A stretch of DNA of 60,379 bases, taken from contig JAWLBL010000034.1 in assembly GCA_041687695.1 (NCBI GenBank), positions 1 to 60,379 of the forward strand, read 5' to 3'. Source of the DNA: Myxococcota bacterium (GTDB lineage: Bacteria > Myxococcota_A > UBA9042 > PHBI01 > JAWLBL01). Of the stretch, positions 40,184-48,997 are shown piece by piece; the first letter of the stretch is position 1, and every line of letters begins with the position of its first letter. The notes under the pieces were generated by a model. That model ran no database searches. It was given only the letters and a program-made list of their open reading frames with translations, and had not been told where the DNA came from. The translations under genes were made by a program, and so were the position numbers.

Positions 40184-40753
40184 TCATCGGGCCGGGGCCT
40201 CATGCTCGCGGCAGATCCGTGAGGCGTCGCCCTGGGTCAGCGCCTGGCCGGTCACGCCGCAGCGCAGCGCGGGCCCCTCGCGCCGGAGATGGGCGCAGGT
40301 CCGGCACTGGCCGAAGGTCTTGAACCCTCGGCCCGCCTGTAGCGCGCGCAGCAGCCGGATCGCGGCGGCCAGAGCCTCGGCCTGCTCGGCGTCGGGCAGC
40401 CGGGTCAGGGCCGGCGCGGGGTGCGCCGCCTCCACGATCGCCTGGCCGGCGGGCGTGAGCACGCAGTGCAAGATCCGTCCGTCGTCGGGATCGGCCAGCT
40501 TCCGCACCAGCCCCCGCCGCTCCAGCGCGAGCAGGGTCTGGCTGGTCGTGCCCTTGGTGACCCCGAGGTACTCGGTGAGCGCGCCCGCCGTGTCGCTGTA
40601 GCGGTTGGCCACCGACAGGTACACCAGGGCCTCGAGCTGGACCAGCTTCAACCCGTGCTCGGTGGCCTGCTCCCGCAGCTGCGAGCGGAACAGCGAGCTC
40701 AGTCGCTCGATCAACAGGTGCAGCTCGCTCGCGCCCGACGCCCCGCCGTCCAT
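40184..40753 (-). CDS. MarR-family regulator with C-terminal Cys/His cluster
   Basis: GLKLVQLEALVYL..NRYSDT..LTEYLGVTKGTTSQTL..LERRGL, and tail FGQCRTCAH...CGVT...ICREH. Confidence 0.9.
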   Translation of the reverse strand: MDGGASGASELHLLIERLSSLFRSQLREQATEHGLKLVQLEALVYLSVANRYSDTAGALTEYLGVTKGTTSQTLLALERRGLVRKLADPDDGRILHCVLTPAGQAIVEAAHPAPALTRLPDAEQAEALAAAIRLLRALQAGRGFKTFGQCRTCAHLRREGPALRCGVTGQALTQGDASRICREHEAPAR

Positions 40754-40789
40754 CCGCGTCCCTCTCCTCGGAGACCAACCGCTCGCACG

Positions 40790-40855
40790 GTAGCGACTCA
40801 AAACCAGCTTGACAAGCCATCCGGTCGCGCCGTTTAGTATCGACTCGCAACCAGC
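40790..40855. promoter_or_regulatory. Two putative MarR operators flanking a TTGACA -35 box
   Basis: GTAGCGACTCAAAACCAGC (40790-40808) and GTATCGACTCGCAACCAGC (40837-40855) are direct copies of an imperfect palindrome. TTGACA lies at 40809-40814. Confidence 0.65.
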
Positions 40856-40885
40856 GCCCGCCAGCCCCTGTTCCAAGGAGAGGAC

Positions 40886-41467
40886 ATGACGAAGCTGCAG
40901 CTGATCCCGGCCGACGCGGCCGCCCTCGCCCCCGCGTGGAGCACGGTGGCCTGGTTCAACACGCGCGAAGCGCCACGACCGGAGGCGCTGCGCGGCCGCG
41001 TGGTGGTCCTGCACGCCTTCCAGATGCTCTGCCCCGGATGCGTCAGCCACGGGATCCCGCAGGCCCAACGGATCCAGGCCACGTTCGCGCCCGAGGACGT
41101 CTGCGTCGTCGGCCTGCACAGCGTCTTCGAGCACCACGAGGCCATGCGCCCCGTGTCCCTCGAGGCGTTCCTGCACGAGTACCGCGTCACCTTCCCGGTG
41201 GCGGTCGACGCCCCGGGAGACGCCTCGCCCATCCCCAAGACCATGGCCGCCTACGAGATGCGCGGCACCCCGACGCTCGTCCTCATCGACAAGGCGGGGC
41301 GTCTGCGGCTACACGTCTTTGGCCGTCCGGACGACATGGCCGTCGGCGCCGCCGTCGCGTCCCTGGTCGCCGAGCAGGTCGACGACGCGCCGCCCGGGTT
41401 CGTCGCCCCTCGCGGGGACGAAACCGACGACCCTACGCGCTGTGACCCCGACGGTTGCCGCCTGTAG
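40886..41467 (+). CDS. Redoxin/TlpA-like thioredoxin-fold protein
   Basis: LRGRVVVLHAFQMLCPGC, GTPTLVLIDK.G and a GGAGAGG RBS. Confidence 0.9.
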   Translation: MTKLQLIPADAAALAPAWSTVAWFNTREAPRPEALRGRVVVLHAFQMLCPGCVSHGIPQAQRIQATFAPEDVCVVGLHSVFEHHEAMRPVSLEAFLHEYRVTFPVAVDAPGDASPIPKTMAAYEMRGTPTLVLIDKAGRLRLHVFGRPDDMAVGAAVASLVAEQVDDAPPGFVAPRGDETDDPTRCDPDGCRL

Positions 41468-41493
41468 GTCATCGCCCCCCGCGGAGTCTCCCC

Positions 41494-42207
41494 ATGAACC
41501 AGGCCCCTCCCATCATCCACACCTTGCAGGTCGGACTCCCGCGGAGCCTCGGTGAGGAGGGGGCCGCCGACCCCATGGACCGCCCGTGGACCACCGGCCT
41601 GTTCAAGCAGCCGGTCGACGGGCCGCTCCACCTCGGCGCCCAGAACCTCGAGGGCGACGGCCAGGCCGACCTCCACCACCACGGAGGGGTCGACAAGGCC
41701 GTCTGCGTCTACCCGTTGAGCCGGTATCCCTACTGGGAGCGCCGCCTCGAGCGCGCCCTGGCGCTCGGCGCCTTCGGCGAGAACTTCACCGTCGCGGGGC
41801 AGGACGAGGACGCCGTGTGTCTCGGCGACGTGTATGCCGTCGGCGAAGCCCTGGTCCAGGTCTCGCAGCCGCGCTCGCCGTGCTGGAAGCTCGCCCGACG
41901 GTGGCGGGTGCCGTCCCTGGCGCTGTGGGTCCAGGAGACGGGCTTCACGGGCTGGTACCTGCGGGTGCTCCAGCCCGGGTCCGTCGAGGCCGGCCAGGCG
42001 CTCGTGCTGCGAGAGCGCCCCCACCCCGACTGGACCATCACCCGCCTGAACGCGGCCCGCTTCGGTCAGGCGACCGATGTCGCGCAGCTCACCGAGCTCG
42101 CGGCCTGCCAGGCCCTGAGCGAGAACTGGCGCGCCTGGTTCCGCCGCCGGCTCGAGACTCCGGCCGCCAGCGACGACCGCGCTCGCCTTCAGGGGCCCGT
42201 CAGCTAG
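41494..42207 (+). CDS. MOSC + 3-alpha domain protein (YiiM-like)
   Basis: GDGQADL.HHGG.DKAV, FGENFT, QVSQPRSPCWKL, TGWYLRVL.PG. Confidence 0.92.
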   Translation: MNQAPPIIHTLQVGLPRSLGEEGAADPMDRPWTTGLFKQPVDGPLHLGAQNLEGDGQADLHHHGGVDKAVCVYPLSRYPYWERRLERALALGAFGENFTVAGQDEDAVCLGDVYAVGEALVQVSQPRSPCWKLARRWRVPSLALWVQETGFTGWYLRVLQPGSVEAGQALVLRERPHPDWTITRLNAARFGQATDVAQLTELAACQALSENWRAWFRRRLETPAASDDRARLQGPVS

Positions 42208-42265
42208 CCTGTCGTCACAGGTCCTCTCGGCTGCGCGGCCGAAACGCCCACGGGCCGGGCGCACC

Positions 42266-43132
42266 TCACGCGACGTCGCGGTCCTCGCTGGGGAGATCCT
42301 GACCGCAGGTGGGGCAGGTCGGGTGGTCGTGTCCGGCGCGCTGGCGGCGCTGCAGCTCCTTTTCGTCGCGGAGCCTCGCCAGCTCGTCGGTGAACCCCGA
42401 GCCGAGGATGCCCGCCGGGAGCGCCACCATCCCGATGCCGAGCACGGCGATGAACGACCCGAGCAGCTGCCCGATGGGCGTGATGGGCGCCATGTCGCCG
42501 TAGCCGACCGTGGTGAGCGTGGCCACCGCCCACCACATCACCGCCGGGATGCTCGAGAACGCCTCGGGTTGGGCGTCGTGCTCGGCGACATAGACGATGC
42601 TGGCGGACATGACGACCAGCACGAACACCAGGACCAGGCTGATGAGCAGCTCGTCGCGGCGCGCGACGAACACGTTGCCGAGCGTCCGCAGCGAGCGCGA
42701 GTAGCGGACCAGCTTGAGCAGGCGCAGGATGCGCAGCAGCCGCGGGATGCGCAGGACGCGCAGGTCGACCGCCGTGAACCGCTCGAGGAAGAACGGCAGG
42801 ATGGCCAGCAGATCGATGAGGGCCAGCGGCGTGGCGGCGAAGCGCAGGCGTCCACTGACGGGCCGCCCGTAGCGTTCGTCCTCGGCACACGACCACACAC
42901 GCAGGACGTACTCGGCGGTGAACACCGCGACCGAGGCGACCTCGAAGGCGTGGAGGGCGTCGCCCCAGGTGGCGCGGATGGAGTCGACCGTCTCGAGCAT
43001 CATCCCGACGACGTTGAGCACGATGAGCCAGACCAGCGCGGTGGATACGATCCTCGCGCCGCGCTCGCCCTCGGCGTCCATGGGAGGGTCCAGGAGGCGC
43101 CTGACGCGGGCCCTCAGCGGCTTCGGCTTCAT
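42266..43132 (-). CDS. Voltage-gated (6TM) potassium channel
   Basis: Filter TTVGYGD, S4 LRVLRIPRLLRILRLLKLVR and a C-terminal CPTC motif. Confidence 0.93.
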   Translation of the reverse strand: MKPKPLRARVRRLLDPPMDAEGERGARIVSTALVWLIVLNVVGMMLETVDSIRATWGDALHAFEVASVAVFTAEYVLRVWSCAEDERYGRPVSGRLRFAATPLALIDLLAILPFFLERFTAVDLRVLRIPRLLRILRLLKLVRYSRSLRTLGNVFVARRDELLISLVLVFVLVVMSASIVYVAEHDAQPEAFSSIPAVMWWAVATLTTVGYGDMAPITPIGQLLGSFIAVLGIGMVALPAGILGSGFTDELARLRDEKELQRRQRAGHDHPTCPTCGQDLPSEDRDVA

Positions 43133-43257
43133 CGGTTGCAAGCGGGCTGCAGCTCCTGCTCGGGTGCGGTGGGACGGCGGCGCTTCGGGCCGCGACGCGC
43201 GGCATAGTGGCAGCCCTCGGTCCATCGGCCAAGGGAACGCCCAGCCGTCGGCGCGGC

Positions 43258-44571
43258 TCAGGATTCGGCTTCGCTGAGCCCCCCGTCAGCCTCGGCGACC
43301 GCCAGCCCGCCGCCCTCGACCGCCGCGAGCGCCAGACCGCCCGAGACGCCCGGGTGACGCGCCAGGATGGCCTGCGCGGCCTGGCCGGCGGCCGCTCTCA
43401 CCGCCCGGCTCGCCCGCCCCGCGGCCAGCTGCTGGACCGCGGCCAGCGAGTCGCGCGTCCCCAGCTCGCTCAACGCGACCAGCGCGGCCAGGCGCAGCTC
43501 GTCCCACTCGCGCTCCAGCGCCCGGACCAGCAGGTCCTCCAGCCCCGGCTCGCCCATCCGAGCGATGGCCTGCACCGTCGCCAGCCGGAGCGGATCGTTG
43601 CCGTGGCGCAGGTTCGCCTCCATCACCGGCCGCGCCTCGACCAGCTTCAGCGCCCCCGCGAACGGCCACGCGGTCAGCTGCACCAGCGGCTCGGGGTCGC
43701 TCAGCGCCGCCAGCACATGGGGCTTACAGACCTCGGCCTCGGTCCGCTGCGCCAGGACCTGCAGCGCGAACGCCCGCACCTCGCGCGGCTCGCTCCGCGC
43801 CTCGAACACGCTCACCAGCAGCGGCGCCGCCCGCTCGACCGGCAGGAACCGCCCCGCCATCGCCCGCACCATCACCTGCGGGTGCTCCGGCGCCTCCTCC
43901 AGCGCGACCCGCGCCTCCGCCGAGTCCGGAAACAGCGACGCCAGACACTCCAGCGCCCGCGCCGACCGGGGGCCATCCTCGACGTCCCGCACCACCCTCA
44001 GCAGCCGCTCCGGCAGCGGCGGCCCGGCGGCCAGCAGTCTCGCCACCGCGACGACCGCCTCGATGCGCTCGGTGAGCCGCCGCGGCGACCGCGCCAGGCG
44101 CGGAAAACGACCAATGACCCGCCCGGATTCGATCTGGATCGGCTGGAAACGCAGCGCCCGGATCACCTCGACGTCGTTGAAGGTCAGCGTGGCCGCCACC
44201 TCGACCGCCTGCACGGTGTCACTCCCGTCCCCCAGCCCCAGGAACCGTCGCGCCATCCACGGGCGCCAGTCGTCCGGGTGATGACTCAAAATGTCGGGGA
44301 TTCCGGCGTGCGGCCCCGCCCCGACCTCGAGCCCCACTTTGAACTCGACGAGCGTCTCAACCTGGCCACGGCGGCGTCGCCTGGAGGTGAATACGCGACG
44401 CACTGCGAGCGAAGCACCCCGAGCGCTGCCCTCCAGCGTCAGCGCGCCGGTTCGCCGAAGCCCGAACCGACGCCCGACGACCCCGAACGCCCGCGAAACC
44501 GAAAGCGAGTAGGCGACGGCCGCCGCGAGCGGCACCGTGCACGCGACGCCCAGCCAAATGAAAAACTCCAT
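43258..44571 (-). CDS. Membrane-anchored HEAT-repeat protein
   Basis: N-terminal TM helix and HEAT-like repeats (LRLATVQAIARMG, LRLAALVALSELG, VRAAAGQA). C-terminal GGLALA..GGL motif. Confidence 0.75.
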   Translation of the reverse strand: MEFFIWLGVACTVPLAAAVAYSLSVSRAFGVVGRRFGLRRTGALTLEGSARGASLAVRRVFTSRRRRRGQVETLVEFKVGLEVGAGPHAGIPDILSHHPDDWRPWMARRFLGLGDGSDTVQAVEVAATLTFNDVEVIRALRFQPIQIESGRVIGRFPRLARSPRRLTERIEAVVAVARLLAAGPPLPERLLRVVRDVEDGPRSARALECLASLFPDSAEARVALEEAPEHPQVMVRAMAGRFLPVERAAPLLVSVFEARSEPREVRAFALQVLAQRTEAEVCKPHVLAALSDPEPLVQLTAWPFAGALKLVEARPVMEANLRHGNDPLRLATVQAIARMGEPGLEDLLVRALEREWDELRLAALVALSELGTRDSLAAVQQLAAGRASRAVRAAAGQAAQAILARHPGVSGGLALAAVEGGGLAVAEADGGLSEAES

Positions 44572-44576
44572 GCGAA

Positions 44577-45497
44577 TCAGCGCCTCTTGCACCCCGCCAC
44601 CGGGTCGTAGACCCGCGGCGTCCCCGCCTCGCCCTTCACGAACTCGCCCCGCGCCGCGTCCCAGGTCCACTCGAACGCGGTCCCGGTGCGCTTGCCGGTC
44701 TCGTCGTCCTCGGGGTCCCCGCGCTCGGGCTCCAGCACGCTCAGCACAGGTGCTGCTCCGCGCTTGGCGACCTCGATCGTCCCGGCCGGCCGGCTCATGC
44801 ACACGCCGTCGCGCTTCTCCTGCCGGCTCGGCACCTCGCCCGACCCCGCGCCCATCGTCAGCACCGTCTTCAGCCGCCCCTCGACCGCGTGCACCAGCAC
44901 CCGCCGCTCGTGCCAGCCCGCCCCCGCCGCTTGCCGACAAGTCACCTCCAGGCTCGCCAGGTCTTCGAAGGCCTTCACCACGCGCAGCTTCGCCCCGTCG
45001 TCGCAGTGCTCGGCCGTCCGCAGCGCTCCCAGGATCCTCGGCTTGCCGTCCAGCGTCCGCACCACCACCGCCAGCGGGCACCACGGCTTGCCGCAGTCCT
45101 CTTGCGTCAGCAGGAACGCCTTGGCCTGCGCCTTGCCCGGCAGCGGCCACACCCGCCCGTTCACCCGGTCCAGCGCCCGCCCGACCTTGAACGCCTCGCA
45201 CGTGCGGCCGTCGGCGACCTCGCTCCCTTCGCGGTGCAGGAACACCAGGAACCGCTCCTTGGGCCACACCAGGTGCACGGCCTCGGTCCCCGCGCCGCTC
45301 CCGGCCGCCTCCACCCGCTCGACCTCAGGCGCCGCGCCCCGCAGCGGCCCGGCCAACACCTCACACGCCTCGAGCCGCTCGCGCAGGGCGGCGTCCAGCG
45401 TCGGCGCCGGCGGCCCGGGATCCCCGGCCAGCGCCGGCGCGACCACCATCAGCCCCAGCGCGAGGGCGCCCCATCGAGTCGAAGCGACCGAGACCAT
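44577..45497 (-). CDS. Hypothetical secreted protein
   Basis: Signal peptide (WGALALGLMVVAPALA), paired Cys residues and an AGGAGG RBS. Confidence 0.7.
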   Translation of the reverse strand: MVSVASTRWGALALGLMVVAPALAGDPGPPAPTLDAALRERLEACEVLAGPLRGAAPEVERVEAAGSGAGTEAVHLVWPKERFLVFLHREGSEVADGRTCEAFKVGRALDRVNGRVWPLPGKAQAKAFLLTQEDCGKPWCPLAVVVRTLDGKPRILGALRTAEHCDDGAKLRVVKAFEDLASLEVTCRQAAGAGWHERRVLVHAVEGRLKTVLTMGAGSGEVPSRQEKRDGVCMSRPAGTIEVAKRGAAPVLSVLEPERGDPEDDETGKRTGTAFEWTWDAARGEFVKGEAGTPRVYDPVAGCKRR

Positions 45498-45632
45498 GAT
45501 GAACCTCCTGGCGGCAAGCGTGCTTCATCGCTACGTACTACCGCACGACGGCCCGTACGCACCCTCGCGCTGCATCATCCCCGTTCCTCGGCCCGCCGAC
45601 CAGACCAGCCCTTCGGTTAGCGTCGCGCGTCC

Positions 45633-45960
45633 CACATCGTCGCCCCGCCGGCCGGCTGGAAGCCGGCGATCCCAGCCGCAAGCCGGACATCGTCGTCCCG
45701 CGGGCCGGCTGGAAGAGGCTGTCGCATAGACGCCGTTGAAGGAGCCTTGGAGTGCTCCAGCTTGCTGGAGCCCCGGACCCGGCGGCTTGCCGCCGGGATC
45801 TGCCCCCAAACCCGGCGCAGCAAGCTGCGCCGGATGGGGGCTCCACCAAGGTGGAGCACTCCGGTTGGCCTCTTGCGACGCCCTCTGGAATCCGGAGATC
45901 CCAGCCGCCAGTCTGACAGCGTCGCCAGTCGGGCCGGCTGGAAGCCGGCGATCCCAGCCG
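45633..45960. repeat. REP/REPIN-like cluster; inverted copy of the four-hairpin element (45749-45862) with GCCGGCTGGAAGCCGGCGATCCCAG units
   Basis: Reverse complement of the 123-283 region with a few substitutions. Flanking copies lie at about 45647-45675 and 45932-45957, with a degenerate copy at about 45703. Confidence 0.9.
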
Positions 45961-46090
45961 CCCGCCGGGCCCCTCCGGCGGAGCCCGCCGCTGGAGAGAT
46001 GGGTGGGAAGACGTAGCCGCCGCGCCGCGTTCGGCTTAGCTTGCGCGGGGCCGGGCCGCAGGGGCGGCCGGGCGTTCCTCGGGAGGTGTG

Positions 46091-46519
46091 ATGAGCAGCG
46101 CGACGCGGACGGAGCTCGGCTGGACGGTGACGCGGGTCACCTTCGGCCTGTGCTTCGCCTTCTTCCACGGCTACGGCAAGGTCTTCGGCGGCAAGATGGA
46201 GAAGTTCACCCAGGGCGTCGCCAGCCTGGGCTTCCCGTTCCCCGAGTTCTTCGCCTGGTGCGCCGGGCTGACCGAGTTCTTCGGCGGGCTGCTCATCGCG
46301 GTCGGCCTGGCGACGCGCCCGGCGGCGGCGCTCAGCGCCTTCACCATGATGGTCGCGATGTACCGCCACCGCGCCGACGGCATCGCCAGCATGGAGAGCG
46401 CGATGCTGTTCTTCGCGGTCTTCGTCTTCGCGCTGCTGCACGGCGGCGGGCGCTGGTCGCTCGACCGCGTCCTCAACGTGCGCATGCCGCTCTCGACCAA
46501 GATGAAGCGCGCGGCCTGA
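46091..46519 (+). CDS. DoxX-family membrane protein
   Basis: RVTFG..F..HG..K, EFFGGLLIAVGLATRPAA, GGGRWSLD. Confidence 0.9.
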   Translation: MSSATRTELGWTVTRVTFGLCFAFFHGYGKVFGGKMEKFTQGVASLGFPFPEFFAWCAGLTEFFGGLLIAVGLATRPAAALSAFTMMVAMYRHRADGIASMESAMLFFAVFVFALLHGGGRWSLDRVLNVRMPLSTKMKRAA

Positions 46520-46567
46520 GCCCGAGCCCGCTCGAAGGGTCGGCCGAGGCCGCGCCCGGGCGCCCGC

Positions 46568-48355
46568 CTACTCGCAGCCCTCGGCCTTCTTGACGGCCAC
46601 CTGCCCCTCGGTCCCCGCCGTCACCTCGGTGGCGGTGACCTTGGCGGTGCACCCGTGGGCCACCGTGGGACCGCCGCACGCGCTGCAGGCCACGTGCTCC
46701 AGCGTGACCTCGGCCTCGTCGTCGACCTGCACGCCGCCGGCCTCGCCCACGTGCGACAGCTTCACGTGCCGCAGCACCGCCCCGCGCGTCTGCCCGTACA
46801 GATGCAGGCCGCCCCACGCCCCCGGCTCGGCCCGCAGCCCGCGGAAGGTGATCGGCGCCTCGGCCGTCCCCTCGAGCTTCAGCACCGCCGCGCCGCCATA
46901 GCCGGCCCCCAGCACGACGCCCTCGCCCATCGCGAAGGCCGACCCGGCCTCGACCGTCAGCGTCGCCCCGTCGGTCACCCCGGTCTCGCCCTCGACGAAG
47001 GTCACCACGGCCGGCCTCTGCGCCCGCCAGGTCGCGCTGCTCCCCACGTCCGACGCGCTGACGTCGATGCGCGCCCCCTCGTCGTACACGTTGCCCGCGC
47101 CCAGCTGCCCCAGCTGCAGCGCGAACAGGCTCACCGCCGTCGGCACCCGCTGGAAGGTGTTGCGCTCGAACGCCTCGAGCTTGGCCTGGGTCACGTCCAG
47201 CTTCACGCCCTGCTTGCAGTCGCTGAAGGTCACGTCCTCGAGCCGAGCCTTGCCCGTCACGACCAGCGCCGCGTCGTCGTCCCCGCCGCCGGCCCACTGG
47301 AACCGCACGTGCTGCAGCTGCGCCGCGCCCGAGCCGTACACCCGCAGCCCGCCCCACGCGCCCGCCGCCTCGTCGGTCCCCGAGGTGAAGACCACCGGGG
47401 CCTCGGCCGATCCGACCGCCACCAGCTGGCCGCTGCCGCCGTAGCCGACGTCGAGGCCCGCGTCGGCGCCCACCTTCACGACCGTGCCGGGCGCCAGCGT
47501 CAGCTTGGCCGACGCGCCGTCCTGGCCCTGCACCTCGACCGTCCCGGTCAGCAGCAGCGGCACGCCCGGGTTGCCCCAGGTGTGCTCGCCGGTCAGCGCG
47601 CCGCCCTGCACCCGGATGTACGCGTCCTCGGCGAAGGTGTGGCCCGGCTTGACGCCCTGCACCGCCGTCGGCCCCAGGTTCATCGCCATCGGCGTGCCGG
47701 CGTCCGCGAAGTTGCACGCGCCGATCTCGGCCGGCTTGGCGTCCAGATCCACCCGAATCGCCGGCCCCCGCACGTCGCGGAAGGTCACGTTCACCACGCG
47801 GATGCCCTCGACGCCCGCCGACAGGAACAGCGCCCCGTTGTCGTCGGTGCCGGCGTGGGCGATCTCCAGCCCCTCGACCGTCGATCGGTCCGCGTTGTCG
47901 TACAGCGTCACGCCGCGCCAGACGCCCGCCTCCTGGTCGCCGGCCGACGCGAAGACCACCGGCTCGGCCGCCGTGCCCTTGACGACCAGCTTCGACGGCG
48001 CCGAGTAGCCGACCTGCAGCGACGCGCCTGGCTCGAAGGCCAGCTTCGCGCCCGCCTCGAGGGTCAGGGTGCCGCCGTTGACCTCGTAGTCGCCGGCGAC
48101 CTTCACCGCGCCACACTCCTTGCGGATGGTGCGGTCCTGGCTCTCGGTGCCCGACAGCTCGGCCGGGCAGCCCTCGGGGCGGGCCGGCTCGGGCGTGCCC
48201 GGCGCGTGGCCGGGGCTGTCGTCCCCCGCCGCCGCGGGCGCCTGACCGGCCTGGGCTTTCGCCGGATCGGCGGGCGGGGCGTCGGCGGCCTTCTTGCTGC
48301 AGGCCGGCGCGAGGAGGACCAGGGAGGACAGGGCGACGAAGCGGAGGGTGTTCAT
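46568..48355 (-). CDS. Lipoprotein with right-handed beta-helix repeats
   Basis: Lipobox LAPAC and three copies of LTLEAG...GY....L...GTAxxPVVF....G.W.G. Confidence 0.8.
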   Translation of the reverse strand: MNTLRFVALSSLVLLAPACSKKAADAPPADPAKAQAGQAPAAAGDDSPGHAPGTPEPARPEGCPAELSGTESQDRTIRKECGAVKVAGDYEVNGGTLTLEAGAKLAFEPGASLQVGYSAPSKLVVKGTAAEPVVFASAGDQEAGVWRGVTLYDNADRSTVEGLEIAHAGTDDNGALFLSAGVEGIRVVNVTFRDVRGPAIRVDLDAKPAEIGACNFADAGTPMAMNLGPTAVQGVKPGHTFAEDAYIRVQGGALTGEHTWGNPGVPLLLTGTVEVQGQDGASAKLTLAPGTVVKVGADAGLDVGYGGSGQLVAVGSAEAPVVFTSGTDEAAGAWGGLRVYGSGAAQLQHVRFQWAGGGDDDAALVVTGKARLEDVTFSDCKQGVKLDVTQAKLEAFERNTFQRVPTAVSLFALQLGQLGAGNVYDEGARIDVSASDVGSSATWRAQRPAVVTFVEGETGVTDGATLTVEAGSAFAMGEGVVLGAGYGGAAVLKLEGTAEAPITFRGLRAEPGAWGGLHLYGQTRGAVLRHVKLSHVGEAGGVQVDDEAEVTLEHVACSACGGPTVAHGCTAKVTATEVTAGTEGQVAVKKAEGCE

Positions 48356-48457
48356 GGGCGGCGGATTTACACCCGCGGGAGGCGGCGCGCAAGCGGCAAG
48401 AAATCCGTTACATTGCAACCACTTGCGCACCACGCCCGCGCCGCCGGCGGGCGGACC

Positions 48458-48874
48458 TCAGCGCGAGAACGGCCACTTCTTGCCGTTGCCGCAGAAGTTG
48501 CGCAGATCGCTGTTCGAGATGCTCGAGCAGCTCTCCTTGCACAGGTTGCGGATGTCGCTGCTGGAGATCGACGAGCACGAGCCGTTGCAGTAGTTGCGTA
48601 GATCGCTGTCCGAGATGGACGAGCACGAGCCCGAGCAGAAGTTGCGGACGTCGCTGTTCGAGATGGACGAGCAGCTCTTGTTGCAGAAGTTGCGGCGGTC
48701 GCTGTTCGAGATGGACGAGCACGATCCGTTGCACATGTTGCGCATGTCGCTGTCGGAGATGCTCGAGCACCCGGCGAGGACGTACTCGACGCCGCTCTCG
48801 ATGACCACCGGGGCCGGGGCGGGACCGGCAGAGAAGAGGGTTCCCAGGACGACGGCGCTGAGCAGGGCGAACAT
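48458..48874 (-). CDS. Small secreted protein (138 aa) made of six 16-aa Cys repeats
   Basis: GGAG RBS and ATG at 48874, hydrophobic signal, then six xCSSIS(D/N/S)SDxRNxCxx units (48485-48772, 48-bp period). Hidden inside track ORF 48458..50518. Confidence 0.85.
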   Translation of the reverse strand: MFALLSAVVLGTLFSAGPAPAPVVIESGVEYVLAGCSSISDSDMRNMCNGSCSSISNSDRRNFCNKSCSSISNSDVRNFCSGSCSSISDSDLRNYCNGSCSSISSSDIRNLCKESCSSISNSDLRNFCGNGKKWPFSR

Positions 48875-48962
48875 GGCGGTTCTCCGTGTGGCAGGTGGGG
48901 CGCGGGGGCCCCGCGGACGGGTCGGACGCGGCCGGCACTCGCCGGTCGGCCCGCTAGCAACG

Positions 48963-48991
48963 TTGACACCCGAACGGGCGCTGAGTATGCG
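48963..48991 (+). promoter_or_regulatory. Putative sigma70 promoter, probably leaderless, for the aminotransferase
   Basis: TTGACA-17 bp-TATGCG. ATG 48998 lies 6 nt after the -10 box and has no SD. Confidence 0.55.
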
Positions 48992-48997
48992 ACGCGC

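Noticed and set aside
48395..48428. AT-richer patch (TTGCAACCACTTG) resembling an IHF site upstream of the beta-helix lipoprotein
   Set aside because: Only a partial match to WATCAA-N4-TTR and a single occurrence, too weak to call.
48594..48800. Plus-strand repeat ORF (RSLFEMDEHEP...) or a 48-bp CRISPR-like array
   Set aside because: It is the antisense of the Cys-repeat gene. Variation follows minus-strand codon positions and there are no unique spacers.
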